From an uncultured delta proteobacterium (lineage in GTDB: Bacteria > Desulfobacterota > Binatia > UBA9968): a stretch of 64,000 nt of DNA. Positions within the stretch are counted from its first letter, which is position 1. Every line of letters begins with the position of its first letter. Made by a program: the position numbers and the translations under genes. The stretch spans positions 153,444 to 217,443 of the forward strand of contig CAVWLW010000024.1 in the NCBI GenBank assembly GCA_963755715.1. The letters are read 5' to 3'. Shown here in pieces: positions 13,607 through 22,173 of this stretch. Under the pieces are notes generated by a model. The model was not told the DNA's origin, did not search any database, and was given only the letters and a program-made list of their open reading frames with translations.

Positions 13607-14065
13607 TTAATTGGTGTTTATCAAGCGACGTAGTTGTGAAAAAGCGCGGCTGGCATTTAGCGATGCATTTCTTAAACTAGCGAGAATCCCGTGCTCGTAC
13701 TCCACGATGCATTCGTTACAGACGGCGTAGTCGCCCGGCACTTCCAAGCAAGCAACATAAGCATCAATGGGCCAGTGCGAACAGCTCGTGCAGAAGTGCC
13801 AGATATCATTGGAGCCTGTTCTGCGAAATTCAGCCGACGAAATCTTAAACAGAGGCGAGGAGGGATCAGTTTTTTTATCATACGAGCGATGCCCCGAAGA
13901 GCATCGGTACACCAGGAGGGGAATAGGGTCGTGCGTTTTTTCCTCTATGACATCCAGACCGCATGCTTGTCCATCGGTGATGACGGGGCATTGGGTAATC
14001 GATCTGGCTGCTCTTTTAATCCTCAGTATCGTAAGCGACGAAAGTTCTTTCTCATCCACAGACAA
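13607..14065 (-). CDS. Hypothetical Cys/His-rich, possibly zinc-binding protein
   Basis: CP...C, CSSGH, WHFCTSCSHWP, CNEC motifs. Confidence 0.45.
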   Translation of the reverse strand: MSVDEKELSSLTILRIKRAARSITQCPVITDGQACGLDVIEEKTHDPIPLLVYRCSSGHRSYDKKTDPSSPLFKISSAEFRRTGSNDIWHFCTSCSHWPIDAYVACLEVPGDYAVCNECIVEYEHGILASLRNASLNASRAFSQLRRLINTN

Positions 14066-14761
14066 CCACCCTTCACGAACAAGTTGACATTGAATCTTAT
14101 TTTAAAACACCACGGGTTTACAGGAATATTTTGGTCGGTAGGGGAGCATCTTGATAGTAATAGGTCTCAATGCCAGCAAAATCATGACGGTGATGTCGGG
14201 ACAAGGAATATTTGGACAGCGAGATTGTTTTTAGACGGGTAGATTCATCCGAAATTTACCGCAATATTCAGTAATGCTATGGAATATCAAAGCTGCCGAA
14301 AATCTGATCTCTGGTGATTTTGTCGAATTTATAAAAGACGGAGACGGCAACCTAAGTTGTAGAAAAGCTTTGGAACTAGGGTCAATTACTGCAATCGCGG
14401 CGAGAGATATCGCAGAGGGCGAAATGCTCACCTTTGATACGAACGGTGATACTAAAGATTTGACGACACCCCAAAAGGCAACCTCGTGAAACAATCGCCG
14501 TTTATTTATATGTTGTATCGCTATCCCAAAGGCGAATCTAAAGCTTTTCTCATGCCCTTCAACGGTTTTCTGAATGCGATTGCAGCCCGGCTGAGACTGC
14601 CAACTTCCGGCCAGATTCATTTCCGTCAGACCATTCGGACGACATTGAAAACACCCTCGCGAAGCTCCCATCGTCCCGCAGTGAGGGGTTGAGTCGGCCA
14701 AGCCGCAGAGTTAGGCTTCAATTTGGCCGCAAAAGCAATCAAATCTCGCCGGAGGTTTCCG

Positions 14762-15145
14762 ATGAGAAGTATATTCGCGGTATTGCTTTCCAGTCTCGCC
14801 GTCCTCTGCGCGTTGTTCGTCCTCATTTCGGAAGATCGCAGCACGCCGAGTAGCTCGGAGCTGATACAGCGAGAAAAAACCTCCGACGCCGGGGACCGTT
14901 TGGTGCAAGCCATTATGCTCCAACGCCAACGACGATCGGATTATTCCAAAGCTCCAAATTCAGATCAGATAATCAAAGCGCAGCTAGTTTTGAAAAATGA
15001 CGGTATTTACTCAGGCCCGGTTGACGGTAAGATGAGCCAGGGCACTCGCGAGGCTATCCGGTCGTTTCAACAATCACACGAACTTAACGTGACCGGAGCA
15101 ATTGATGACGACACAGCTCGGGAGTTGGGTCTTCAACAACAATGA
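14762..15145 (+). CDS. Membrane-anchored peptidoglycan-binding domain protein
   Basis: N-terminal hydrophobic anchor; IKAQLVLKNDG..GPVDGKM..TREAIRSFQ..L.VTG.ID..T matches PG_binding_1. Confidence 0.8.
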   Translation: MRSIFAVLLSSLAVLCALFVLISEDRSTPSSSELIQREKTSDAGDRLVQAIMLQRQRRSDYSKAPNSDQIIKAQLVLKNDGIYSGPVDGKMSQGTREAIRSFQQSHELNVTGAIDDDTARELGLQQQ

Positions 15146-15454
15146 TTCACTATCCACCCACGAACGACCATCTGAGGTCGGGTCTGAATTCCTTTTAGAG
15201 ATCACCGCTAGGAATGAAAAGCGTGCGTCAATCAGCGCAGATGCATTCCTCGGTAAACAACGTCGTGCATATTTAGGCCAACCGTTGCTCTAACCCAAAA
15301 AGCATCCTGCCGCGCTGTTATTCACCGGCAACAGTCCAGTTCTTCAGCAAATAGCAGGTAGACGCGCTAAGAGAGATCTTTTGGATCATTTAATGTTTGG
15401 CCGGTAAGATCTCCAGTTCCGGCGCCTTCTCCGGCGTGCGGTTGCTTTCTGTCC

Positions 15455-15757
15455 TTGACGTGGGTTAGAAGAACATTCGCGCTCATGGAGGTTGGCGATA
15501 TGGCCATTGATAAACGCAAGGCGCTTCAACCCGTCCTTGATAGCATCGAGAAGGGATGGCAGATCACAAAGCCCTCCCCTCTAAATCCGGATGACCCCGA
15601 AACCGAATGCATTTTCCAACACGGAGCGGCAGGCCACGAACAAGTCAGAATTGTGATTGATAATGGCCTTTTCCGACTCAGCAATATGTCCGAACTTCAG
15701 GACCTCGTTCGATCTGCAGTCAAACCTGGCCCCAAAATTTACTTAGCGAGACCGTAG
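15455..15757 (+). CDS. Hypothetical protein (start probably later ATG after GGAGG)
   Basis: ORF with RBS-preceded MAIDKRK. Confidence 0.4.
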   Translation: MTWVRRTFALMEVGDMAIDKRKALQPVLDSIEKGWQITKPSPLNPDDPETECIFQHGAAGHEQVRIVIDNGLFRLSNMSELQDLVRSAVKPGPKIYLARP

Positions 15758-15850
15758 CTCGGGACTTAGCGGATGGGCGCCTGAGCCTTCTGGCCGATTT
15801 TTCGACGATCCAGGATCGTCTAGGCGGCTCTTTGGAAGGAAGAAGCTGTA

Positions 15851-16384
15851 GTGGCGCGCGGACTTAAAGTTTTTTTCACCCTTGCGTCGGTTGTCTTCCC
15901 TGCCGCATGCTCGCCTCAGCCCCAAACTCATCCTGTCGATACGGCGCCGGCACCAGCTAACGTGCGTATGGTGGAACAGTGCTCAACGCTTGGCAATATG
16001 TTGTGCGGTGCGGTTTCGCTGCTATCCGGCGAAACGGCGGTCGAACGCCGATCAGCCTGCATGGTGTACGTCGAGACTAGTGGCAGGCGCGTTGAACAAT
16101 GCGGATCGCTCCCGGCGTCACAATCCTCTATTGTCAGTCCGTCCACTAAACCGTCAGAACCTACGAAGACAGCCCACCTCTCATGGAAAGACAATAGCGG
16201 TAACGAAACCGGCTTTAGAATTTATCGAATTACAGGGAACCAAAAAGTAAAGATAGCCGAGTTGGGACCCAATACCACAACTTATATTGACAAAGATGCC
16301 CCGCCCAAAGCATGTTATCTAGTCGTCTCTTTTAATTCCGCTGGAGAGTCTTCACCAACTAGCAAAGCTTGTCTGCCAGATTGA
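15851..16384 (+). CDS. Putative lipoprotein with C-terminal fibronectin type III-like domain
   Basis: Lipobox-like FPAAC; LSWKDNSGNETGFRIYR..Y.V.SFN.AGES Fn3 pattern. Confidence 0.65.
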   Translation: MARGLKVFFTLASVVFPAACSPQPQTHPVDTAPAPANVRMVEQCSTLGNMLCGAVSLLSGETAVERRSACMVYVETSGRRVEQCGSLPASQSSIVSPSTKPSEPTKTAHLSWKDNSGNETGFRIYRITGNQKVKIAELGPNTTTYIDKDAPPKACYLVVSFNSAGESSPTSKACLPD

Positions 16385-16643
16385 CCCGTGAGTTAAGCCG
16401 AAAGTCATCGCAGGAGGGACTAAGCCTTCCTGAACACGTATCTCTGCTTCTTCATGCCTGTCGTCACGTACCATAGGTTGTAACTTCGACGTGCTCGTGC
16501 GTGTTCTGTCAATGCTACCACGTGTTTTCGATCCATGGTCTCGAATCAAATGAAGTTTAGCGAACAATGCACGATATTGTCACAGTTAGCTTTTCTTGGT
16601 GATAGGTCATAGACGCACGAGATCGATTCCTAAAAAACGTGAG

Positions 16644-16976
16644 TCAGTGGGTTTTGATCAATGAGAAAAATAAAATTAAATCTTCGCTTTTGCCAGCGGC
16701 AAAATCGTGCGGCGTACCTTTTGGGATGTGGCAGATCGTGCCCGGCCTTAACGGAAATCGTTCGCCGTCGATGCGCAAACGGCCGCTGCCTTTGATGACG
16801 TGGCAGACGACGTCTTTGTCGGCGTGGTTGATTTGTTTCGGATTGGATTTTTTCGTCGAGCGGAAGGCGATCAGGCCGCTGGTGAATTGCTTTCCTCCGA
16901 AGCAATCGGCGTAGCGGATCTCGTCATTGAGTTTTTTAAGACATCTAAGGGCTTGGCTGATCTTGATGAGTTTCAT
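16644..16976 (-). CDS. Cupin domain protein
   Basis: NHADKD..HVIKGSG..IDGE..LRPG..HIPKGTPH. Confidence 0.8.
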   Translation of the reverse strand: MKLIKISQALRCLKKLNDEIRYADCFGGKQFTSGLIAFRSTKKSNPKQINHADKDVVCHVIKGSGRLRIDGERFPLRPGTICHIPKGTPHDFAAGKSEDLILFFSLIKTH

Positions 16977-17025
16977 CTTGGGCTAGCATGAGACACGAGG
17001 CAACAGGCGAAATTGCACTCTCGTC

Positions 17026-17982
17026 TCACGCCCTCTCCGTGACTGCCTCGACAATCTCTTTAATCGCTTGCTCCGCCTGGTCGTTGGGGACGCGGCTCGA
17101 GCCGACGACTTTGTGGCCGCCGCCGCCGTAGTTTTTGAGCAGCTCGCCGACGTTGACGTTGGAAGTCGGGTTGAAGATGTTGTAGCCGACGGAGATGGCC
17201 GTGGTGTTTTCGCGCTGGGAGTCGTGGGCGACTTTGACTTGGATATTGCCTTTGGGAAATAGCGTGAAGATCAAGAAGCGGTTGCCGTCGGGAATCTCTT
17301 TGATGCTGCGCAGGTCGCAGTAGATGACGTTGCCTTTCATCGTCGTCCGTTCGAGCAAAAGCTGGCGCAGTTTTTCCTGTTCGTCGCGGATCATCTGGCA
17401 GCGTTTTTTGACCTCGGCATCGTTCAACGTTACTTCCAGCGTCGTGTCGCGCAGAAGATCGATAATCTTTAGCCAGTAAGACTCATCGCCGGCGTTCTTG
17501 CCGTCAGTGGTCATCGAAATCAGCACATAGCCCTGCGGATTGAGAACGTCTTCCTGTTCCAGCTTGCCGGCGTCGATCCGGTCGGCTTCGTGCATTAAAT
17601 ACTTCATTCGCTCAGTGCCCAGAAACGAGAGAATTTCATCTCCGGAAATCTTACGGTTGCTTGTTGCCTGATGCCTATTGCCTATCTCCGTATAGTATTC
17701 ATACACCACCCGCGCCGCGCTCGGCGCGAGACGAAAACCGCCTTTGCCGAGCACGATCGGCTGGGGAAAATTCGGCGTCGTGTTGGTGATGTGATGATCG
17801 AACCAGAGCGTGCAATTCGGATGGTAGGGGAGATTGGTAATAATATCGCCGCTGCGGATCTCTACCAGCCCGTCCTGCATGAACTTTGGCTCGACGAAAA
17901 GATAGTCCTCGATCTTCTCGAATTTTGTTACCAGGGCGCCGCAAACCAATCCGTCGAAATCCGCACGGGTTACGAGTCTCAT
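17026..17982 (-). CDS. DHH/DHHA1-family phosphoesterase (exopolyphosphatase-like/NrnB-like)
   Basis: RLVTRADFDGL, NLPY, FDHH, SAARV, GGGGH; ATG overlaps the ald stop (ATGA). Confidence 0.8.
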   Translation of the reverse strand: MRLVTRADFDGLVCGALVTKFEKIEDYLFVEPKFMQDGLVEIRSGDIITNLPYHPNCTLWFDHHITNTTPNFPQPIVLGKGGFRLAPSAARVVYEYYTEIGNRHQATSNRKISGDEILSFLGTERMKYLMHEADRIDAGKLEQEDVLNPQGYVLISMTTDGKNAGDESYWLKIIDLLRDTTLEVTLNDAEVKKRCQMIRDEQEKLRQLLLERTTMKGNVIYCDLRSIKEIPDGNRFLIFTLFPKGNIQVKVAHDSQRENTTAISVGYNIFNPTSNVNVGELLKNYGGGGHKVVGSSRVPNDQAEQAIKEIVEAVTERA

Positions 17983-19097
17983 GCGCGAATGACCTCCTCG
18001 ACCGGCGTCCACGGCCAGTTAAATGCGTTGGCGACGCCTTCATGGGTAATTTTACCGGCGTAAGTGTTGAGCCCCTTGGCCAGAGCCTTGTCGCGCGCCA
18101 GCGCCTGAGGAAAACCGCGATTCGCCAGTTGCAGGCCGTAAGAGAGCGTAGAATTGGTCAGCGCATAAGTTGAAGTATTCGGCACGATCGCCGGCATGTT
18201 CGTGACGCAATAGTGGACCACGTCTTCGTCGATATAAATCGGCTCGCGGTGGGTCGTCGGTCGCGAAGTCTCGGCGCATCCGCCTTGATCGATGGCGATG
18301 TCGATGAACGCCGCCCCGGCTTTCATGCGGCGCACCAGCGCGCGGGAAATCAGCTTCGGCGCCTGCGCGCCCGGGATCAGCACCGAGCCGATCACTAAAT
18401 CGGCTTCGATAACTTCTTCTTCGAGATTGGCGCGATTGGACATCAGGGTTGTCAGGTGTCCGCCGAGGATATCATGCACGTAGCGGAGCTTGCTCGGATT
18501 GATATCAAGGATGCTGACATAAGCGCCCATGCCGGTTGCGACCTGGCAAGCGGCGGTGCCGGACATGCCGGCGCCGAGAATCACCACCTTGGCGGGCCGA
18601 ACGCCCGAGGCGCCGCCGAGAAGAATACCGCGCCCGCCGTTTTCCGCTTGCAAACACCAGGCACCGACCTGGATCGATAAGCGCCCGGCAATCTCGCTCA
18701 TCGGCGCCAGGAGTGGCAGTGAGCCGTCATCGAGCTGGATCGTCTCGTAACCGATCGCTGTGACTTTGCGGTCGAGCAAAGCGCGCGTCACCGATTCATT
18801 GGCGGCCAGGTGAAGGTAAGTGAAGAGGATCAGGCCGGGGCGAAGCAGGGGATATTCGGCAACCTGCGGCTCTTTGACCTTCATGATCATGTCCGCTTGC
18901 TGCCAAACGTCTTCCGCTGTTTCGATCATCGTCGCGCCGGCGCTTTCATAGGCGCGGTCGGTCAGGCCGCTGCCGAGTCCTGCGCCTTTTTGAATCAACA
19001 CTTTATGATTGCGCGCGACGAAACCAGCCACACCGGTGGGCGTGACCGCAACGCGGTTTTCTTCGGTTTTGATTTCTTTTGGCACGCCGATGATCAT
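17979..19097 (-). CDS. ald: Alanine dehydrogenase
   Basis: MIIGVPKEIK.ENRV, KVKEP, FTYLHLA, PLLAPMSEIAGR, IDQGGC.ET, YCVTNMP. Confidence 0.95.
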   Translation of the reverse strand: MIIGVPKEIKTEENRVAVTPTGVAGFVARNHKVLIQKGAGLGSGLTDRAYESAGATMIETAEDVWQQADMIMKVKEPQVAEYPLLRPGLILFTYLHLAANESVTRALLDRKVTAIGYETIQLDDGSLPLLAPMSEIAGRLSIQVGAWCLQAENGGRGILLGGASGVRPAKVVILGAGMSGTAACQVATGMGAYVSILDINPSKLRYVHDILGGHLTTLMSNRANLEEEVIEADLVIGSVLIPGAQAPKLISRALVRRMKAGAAFIDIAIDQGGCAETSRPTTHREPIYIDEDVVHYCVTNMPAIVPNTSTYALTNSTLSYGLQLANRGFPQALARDKALAKGLNTYAGKITHEGVANAFNWPWTPVEEVIRA

Positions 19098-19120
19098 GAA
19101 GAAAGGCTAAACGATGGGAG

Positions 19121-19178
19121 GGCAAAAGGCAAAAGTAAAAGACAATGAGGAAGTCAGGAGTCAGGAGCCAGAAGTCAG
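19121..19178. repeat. Heptamer tandem repeats (GGCAAAA-type, then RAGYCAG x4)
   Basis: ggcaaaa ggcaaaa gtaaaa; aagtcag gagtcag gagccag aagtcag. Confidence 0.7.
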
Positions 19179-19189
19179 AGGTCGGGGCG

Positions 19190-19555
19190 CTATCGGCCGA
19201 CGGACCAGACCAGGATGGCCCAGCCGATTAGGAACGCGAGGCCGCCGATCGGCGTGATGGCGCCGAGCCAGCGGATATCAGTCGCGCTCAAAAGGTAAAG
19301 GCTGCCGGAGAAGACGACGATGCCGACAATGAACGCCCATCCGGCGGCGTTGAGGTTGGCCTCGGGCCAGCGCGTCATTGCCCAAGCAACGGCGATCAGG
19401 CCGAGCGCATGATACATCTGGTAGCGCACGCCGACTTCGAAGATGTTGAGCATATCCGGGGAGAGCTTCGTTTTCAGAGAGTGGGCGCCGAAGGCGCCGA
19501 GAGCGACCGCGATAAAAGCGGCGATGGCGCCGGAGAGAAAGAAGAAACGGTCCAT
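19190..19555 (-). CDS. DUF423 (YgdD-like) membrane protein
   Basis: GAFGAH, YQMYHAL, FSGSLY, GAITPIGG. Confidence 0.9.
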   Translation of the reverse strand: MDRFFFLSGAIAAFIAVALGAFGAHSLKTKLSPDMLNIFEVGVRYQMYHALGLIAVAWAMTRWPEANLNAAGWAFIVGIVVFSGSLYLLSATDIRWLGAITPIGGLAFLIGWAILVWSVGR

Positions 19556-19606
19556 GGTACTTCCGTGTTCGTGGGCGTGTTGTGCTCGGAACGGTTTGAG
19601 ATTTAC

Positions 19607-21082
19607 TTAGGACGCGGGCGCGCTGCGATTGAGCGAGACGACCATCTCGCCTTTCTGGATCACGATCTGGCGATAATCTTTGCGTTTGCTCAATGCTTCG
19701 ATCAGATTTACCAGCGGCTGGCGTGCCGTGAGATATTCCTTCGGGGCGCCGGCGGCGCGCATGGCGTCAATCTCTTCGACGTTAAGATTCCAGCGTAGTA
19801 AAAATTCCTCGTCGGAAACGTTTTCGGCATTCATCTTCTTGCGCAGCTCGGCAATACTCGGCTCCGGCGGTTGCCATGCCGCCCACTCTTTGGCGCGCGG
19901 GCGATCCATGATCTTCGCCTTGATCGCCGGGTCCATCAGTTCCGCGCCTTCCTTGCCCCAGTAGCCGAGCGCATACTGAATAATTTGATCGGTGACTTCC
20001 TTATAGCGGTCGCCGACGATGACGTTGATCGCCGCCTGGCTGCCGACGAATTGCGACAGCGGCGTGACCATGATCGGGTAGCCGAGCTCCGCGCGCACGC
20101 ACATGGTTTCTTCCAGCGCTTGGTCGATCTTTTTCTCCATGCCGACCTTGCGCAGTTGGAAGCGCAAATTGGAAATCATGCCGCCGGGCACCTGGTGTTG
20201 GTATTGAGAATAGTCGTATTCCACCGGCTCGCCGATGGGAAAACCTTCGCGCTTGGCGATGTAGGTGAAATGGTCCGACACCGGCTTGAGAATCTCTTCG
20301 TCGATCAGCGGTTTGTAGCCAAGGGCGCGGAGATTTTTTGCAACGTTAAAAAGCGACGGGTTCGACGATCCGTCGGCCAGCGGCGGCAGCGCGGTGTTGA
20401 CGATCTTGATGCCGAGCTTGACCGCTTCGAGACAACAAAGCGGGCCGAGGCCGGTGGTGCAGTGGGTGTGCAGTTCGATCGGAATCCCGTCGGCGTTGGC
20501 GAACATGATCGGCACCAAGGTTTGCAGTCGTTCAGGCGTCAGCAGTCCGCCGGGATCTTTGAGGCAAAGACGATTGACTTTGAGCGATGCCGCCTGGCGC
20601 GTGCGCTCGGCGAAGTATTCGTCGGTGTGCTTCGGCGATACGGAGTAAATGATGTTCAGCACCGGATTGATGCCGACATCGCGGGAGACTTTCGTCTTCC
20701 ACTCCCAGCCCTCGAGCTCGTTCCACTCTTCGGAAATGCGCGCTTCGCGGATACCGTTGGCCGCCATTCGTTCCATGAAAAGCCGGTACATGGAGCGCGG
20801 CGTGATATCGAACGCGCTGAATCGGCCGGCGTTCAAGCGCAGCGGCGTGCGCGGCATCCGTTCGCGCATCAATCTGACCCGCGCCCAGGGATCTTCTTTG
20901 AGCTCGCGCACGCATTTTTTCAAATGCGAGCTGGAGATCAATTCGATCGCGTCGAAGCCGGCGCGGTCCAGGGTTTCGGCCACCGGCAGCATCATGCCCG
21001 TGGTCATGTTCTCGGCCCACAAGCTCTGATGGCCGTCGCGAATCGTGGTGTCGACAAATTTTATGCCGTCTGTTTGTACCAT
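19607..21082 (-). CDS. Pyruvate carboxylase B / OadA-like carboxyltransferase (HMGL-like + PYC_OADA), no biotinyl domain
   Basis: DTTIRDGHQSL, LKDPGG, HTHCT, HQVPGGM, MVTPLSQ; no AMKM motif. Confidence 0.85.
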   Translation of the reverse strand: MVQTDGIKFVDTTIRDGHQSLWAENMTTGMMLPVAETLDRAGFDAIELISSSHLKKCVRELKEDPWARVRLMRERMPRTPLRLNAGRFSAFDITPRSMYRLFMERMAANGIREARISEEWNELEGWEWKTKVSRDVGINPVLNIIYSVSPKHTDEYFAERTRQAASLKVNRLCLKDPGGLLTPERLQTLVPIMFANADGIPIELHTHCTTGLGPLCCLEAVKLGIKIVNTALPPLADGSSNPSLFNVAKNLRALGYKPLIDEEILKPVSDHFTYIAKREGFPIGEPVEYDYSQYQHQVPGGMISNLRFQLRKVGMEKKIDQALEETMCVRAELGYPIMVTPLSQFVGSQAAINVIVGDRYKEVTDQIIQYALGYWGKEGAELMDPAIKAKIMDRPRAKEWAAWQPPEPSIAELRKKMNAENVSDEEFLLRWNLNVEEIDAMRAAGAPKEYLTARQPLVNLIEALSKRKDYRQIVIQKGEMVVSLNRSAPAS

Positions 21083-21096
21083 ACCGGAACCTGATG

Positions 21097-21173
21097 CTCA
21101 CCACGAAGGACACGAAGGTTTTTAATAATGAAATAAACTCCGAACTTCGTGCTCTTCGTGTCTTCGTGGTGAG
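21097..21173. repeat. REP-like inverted repeat (CTCACCACGAAG...CTTCGTGGTGAG)
   Basis: Palindromic arms with internal ACACGAAG subrepeats; sister copy at 25663. Confidence 0.8.
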
Positions 21174-21194
21174 TCTGTCTTATATTTTCCGCCT

Positions 21195-22052
21195 CTAGAG
21201 CGTCAGGCCGAAGAACTTCACGGCGTTATCGACCATGATCTTCTTGCGCACTTCCGGTTTCATGTTGACCTGCTGGAACTCCTCGAGCCAGCGCTCGACG
21301 CCGATGGCCGGCCAGTCGGAGCCGAACATCGCCTTGTCCTGCAGCAAAGTGTTGATGTTATGGATGAGCTCGGCGGGGAAATATTTCGGTGCCCAGCCGG
21401 AGAGATCGATATAATAGTTGGCCTTGTGCCGGGCGATGGCCAAACTTTCCGCGGTCCACGGCCAAGTCGGATGAGCGCTGATGATTTTCAGCTCGGGAAA
21501 ATCCGCCGCCACTTCGTCGAGGTGAATCGGCTGGCTGTATTTTAGCTTGATCCCCATGCCACCCGGCGTGCCGGCGCCTGCAGCCGCCATGCCGCCGTGA
21601 AACAGAATCGGCAAATTGAGCTTGGCGCATTGTTCCCAGAGCGGGTAGAAGCGAATGTCGTTGGCGAAAAAGTGTTGGCGCGCCGGATTGAGCTCGCCCA
21701 TGCCCGACAGGCCGAGGTCTTTGCAGCGTTTGATTTCGTCCAACGCCAGTTTGCCGGTCCAAGGGTCTATGGCGCCGAATGCCAGGAATACGTCGGGATG
21801 TTTTTTTACCGCCGCGGCGACATAATCGTTGGGTACGGGAGTCAATCCGGTCACGGTCTCGTCGCGCGTGTTCATGATCACAGCCATCATTTTGCGCGCG
21901 CGGTATTGGTCGGCCATCTCGTCGATGGATACCGGCGGCCTTTCGCGGCCAAAATATTTTGCCATCTGTGCGGTGCGATCGCCTTTCGCCTTCTGGGTTA
22001 CTTCATCGGATAGATGAACATGAACGTCAATCCCGACAATATCTCTTGCCAT
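21195..22052 (-). CDS. Amidohydrolase_2 family protein
   Basis: IDVHVH, LFHGG, ISAH, FGSDWP. Confidence 0.9.
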   Translation of the reverse strand: MARDIVGIDVHVHLSDEVTQKAKGDRTAQMAKYFGRERPPVSIDEMADQYRARKMMAVIMNTRDETVTGLTPVPNDYVAAAVKKHPDVFLAFGAIDPWTGKLALDEIKRCKDLGLSGMGELNPARQHFFANDIRFYPLWEQCAKLNLPILFHGGMAAAGAGTPGGMGIKLKYSQPIHLDEVAADFPELKIISAHPTWPWTAESLAIARHKANYYIDLSGWAPKYFPAELIHNINTLLQDKAMFGSDWPAIGVERWLEEFQQVNMKPEVRKKIMVDNAVKFFGLTL

Positions 22053-22173
22053 AGCCTTGGGCCTCCTCGATCAAATTTTTTTGGTTATTGCACTGCTGGT
22101 TGTTCAGATTCAACTATGTTCGAGTTCTCGCGTCTAGATTCGGAGTTCGAGCTTGAAGCCTCAACCTTGAGAT

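Larger units (their letters stand above)
10745..16630. mobile_element. Decayed genomic island at the tRNA 3' end (right boundary approximate)
   Basis: Integrase remnant next to the tRNA, visibly AT-richer sequence, sparse short orphan ORFs. Confidence 0.6.
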
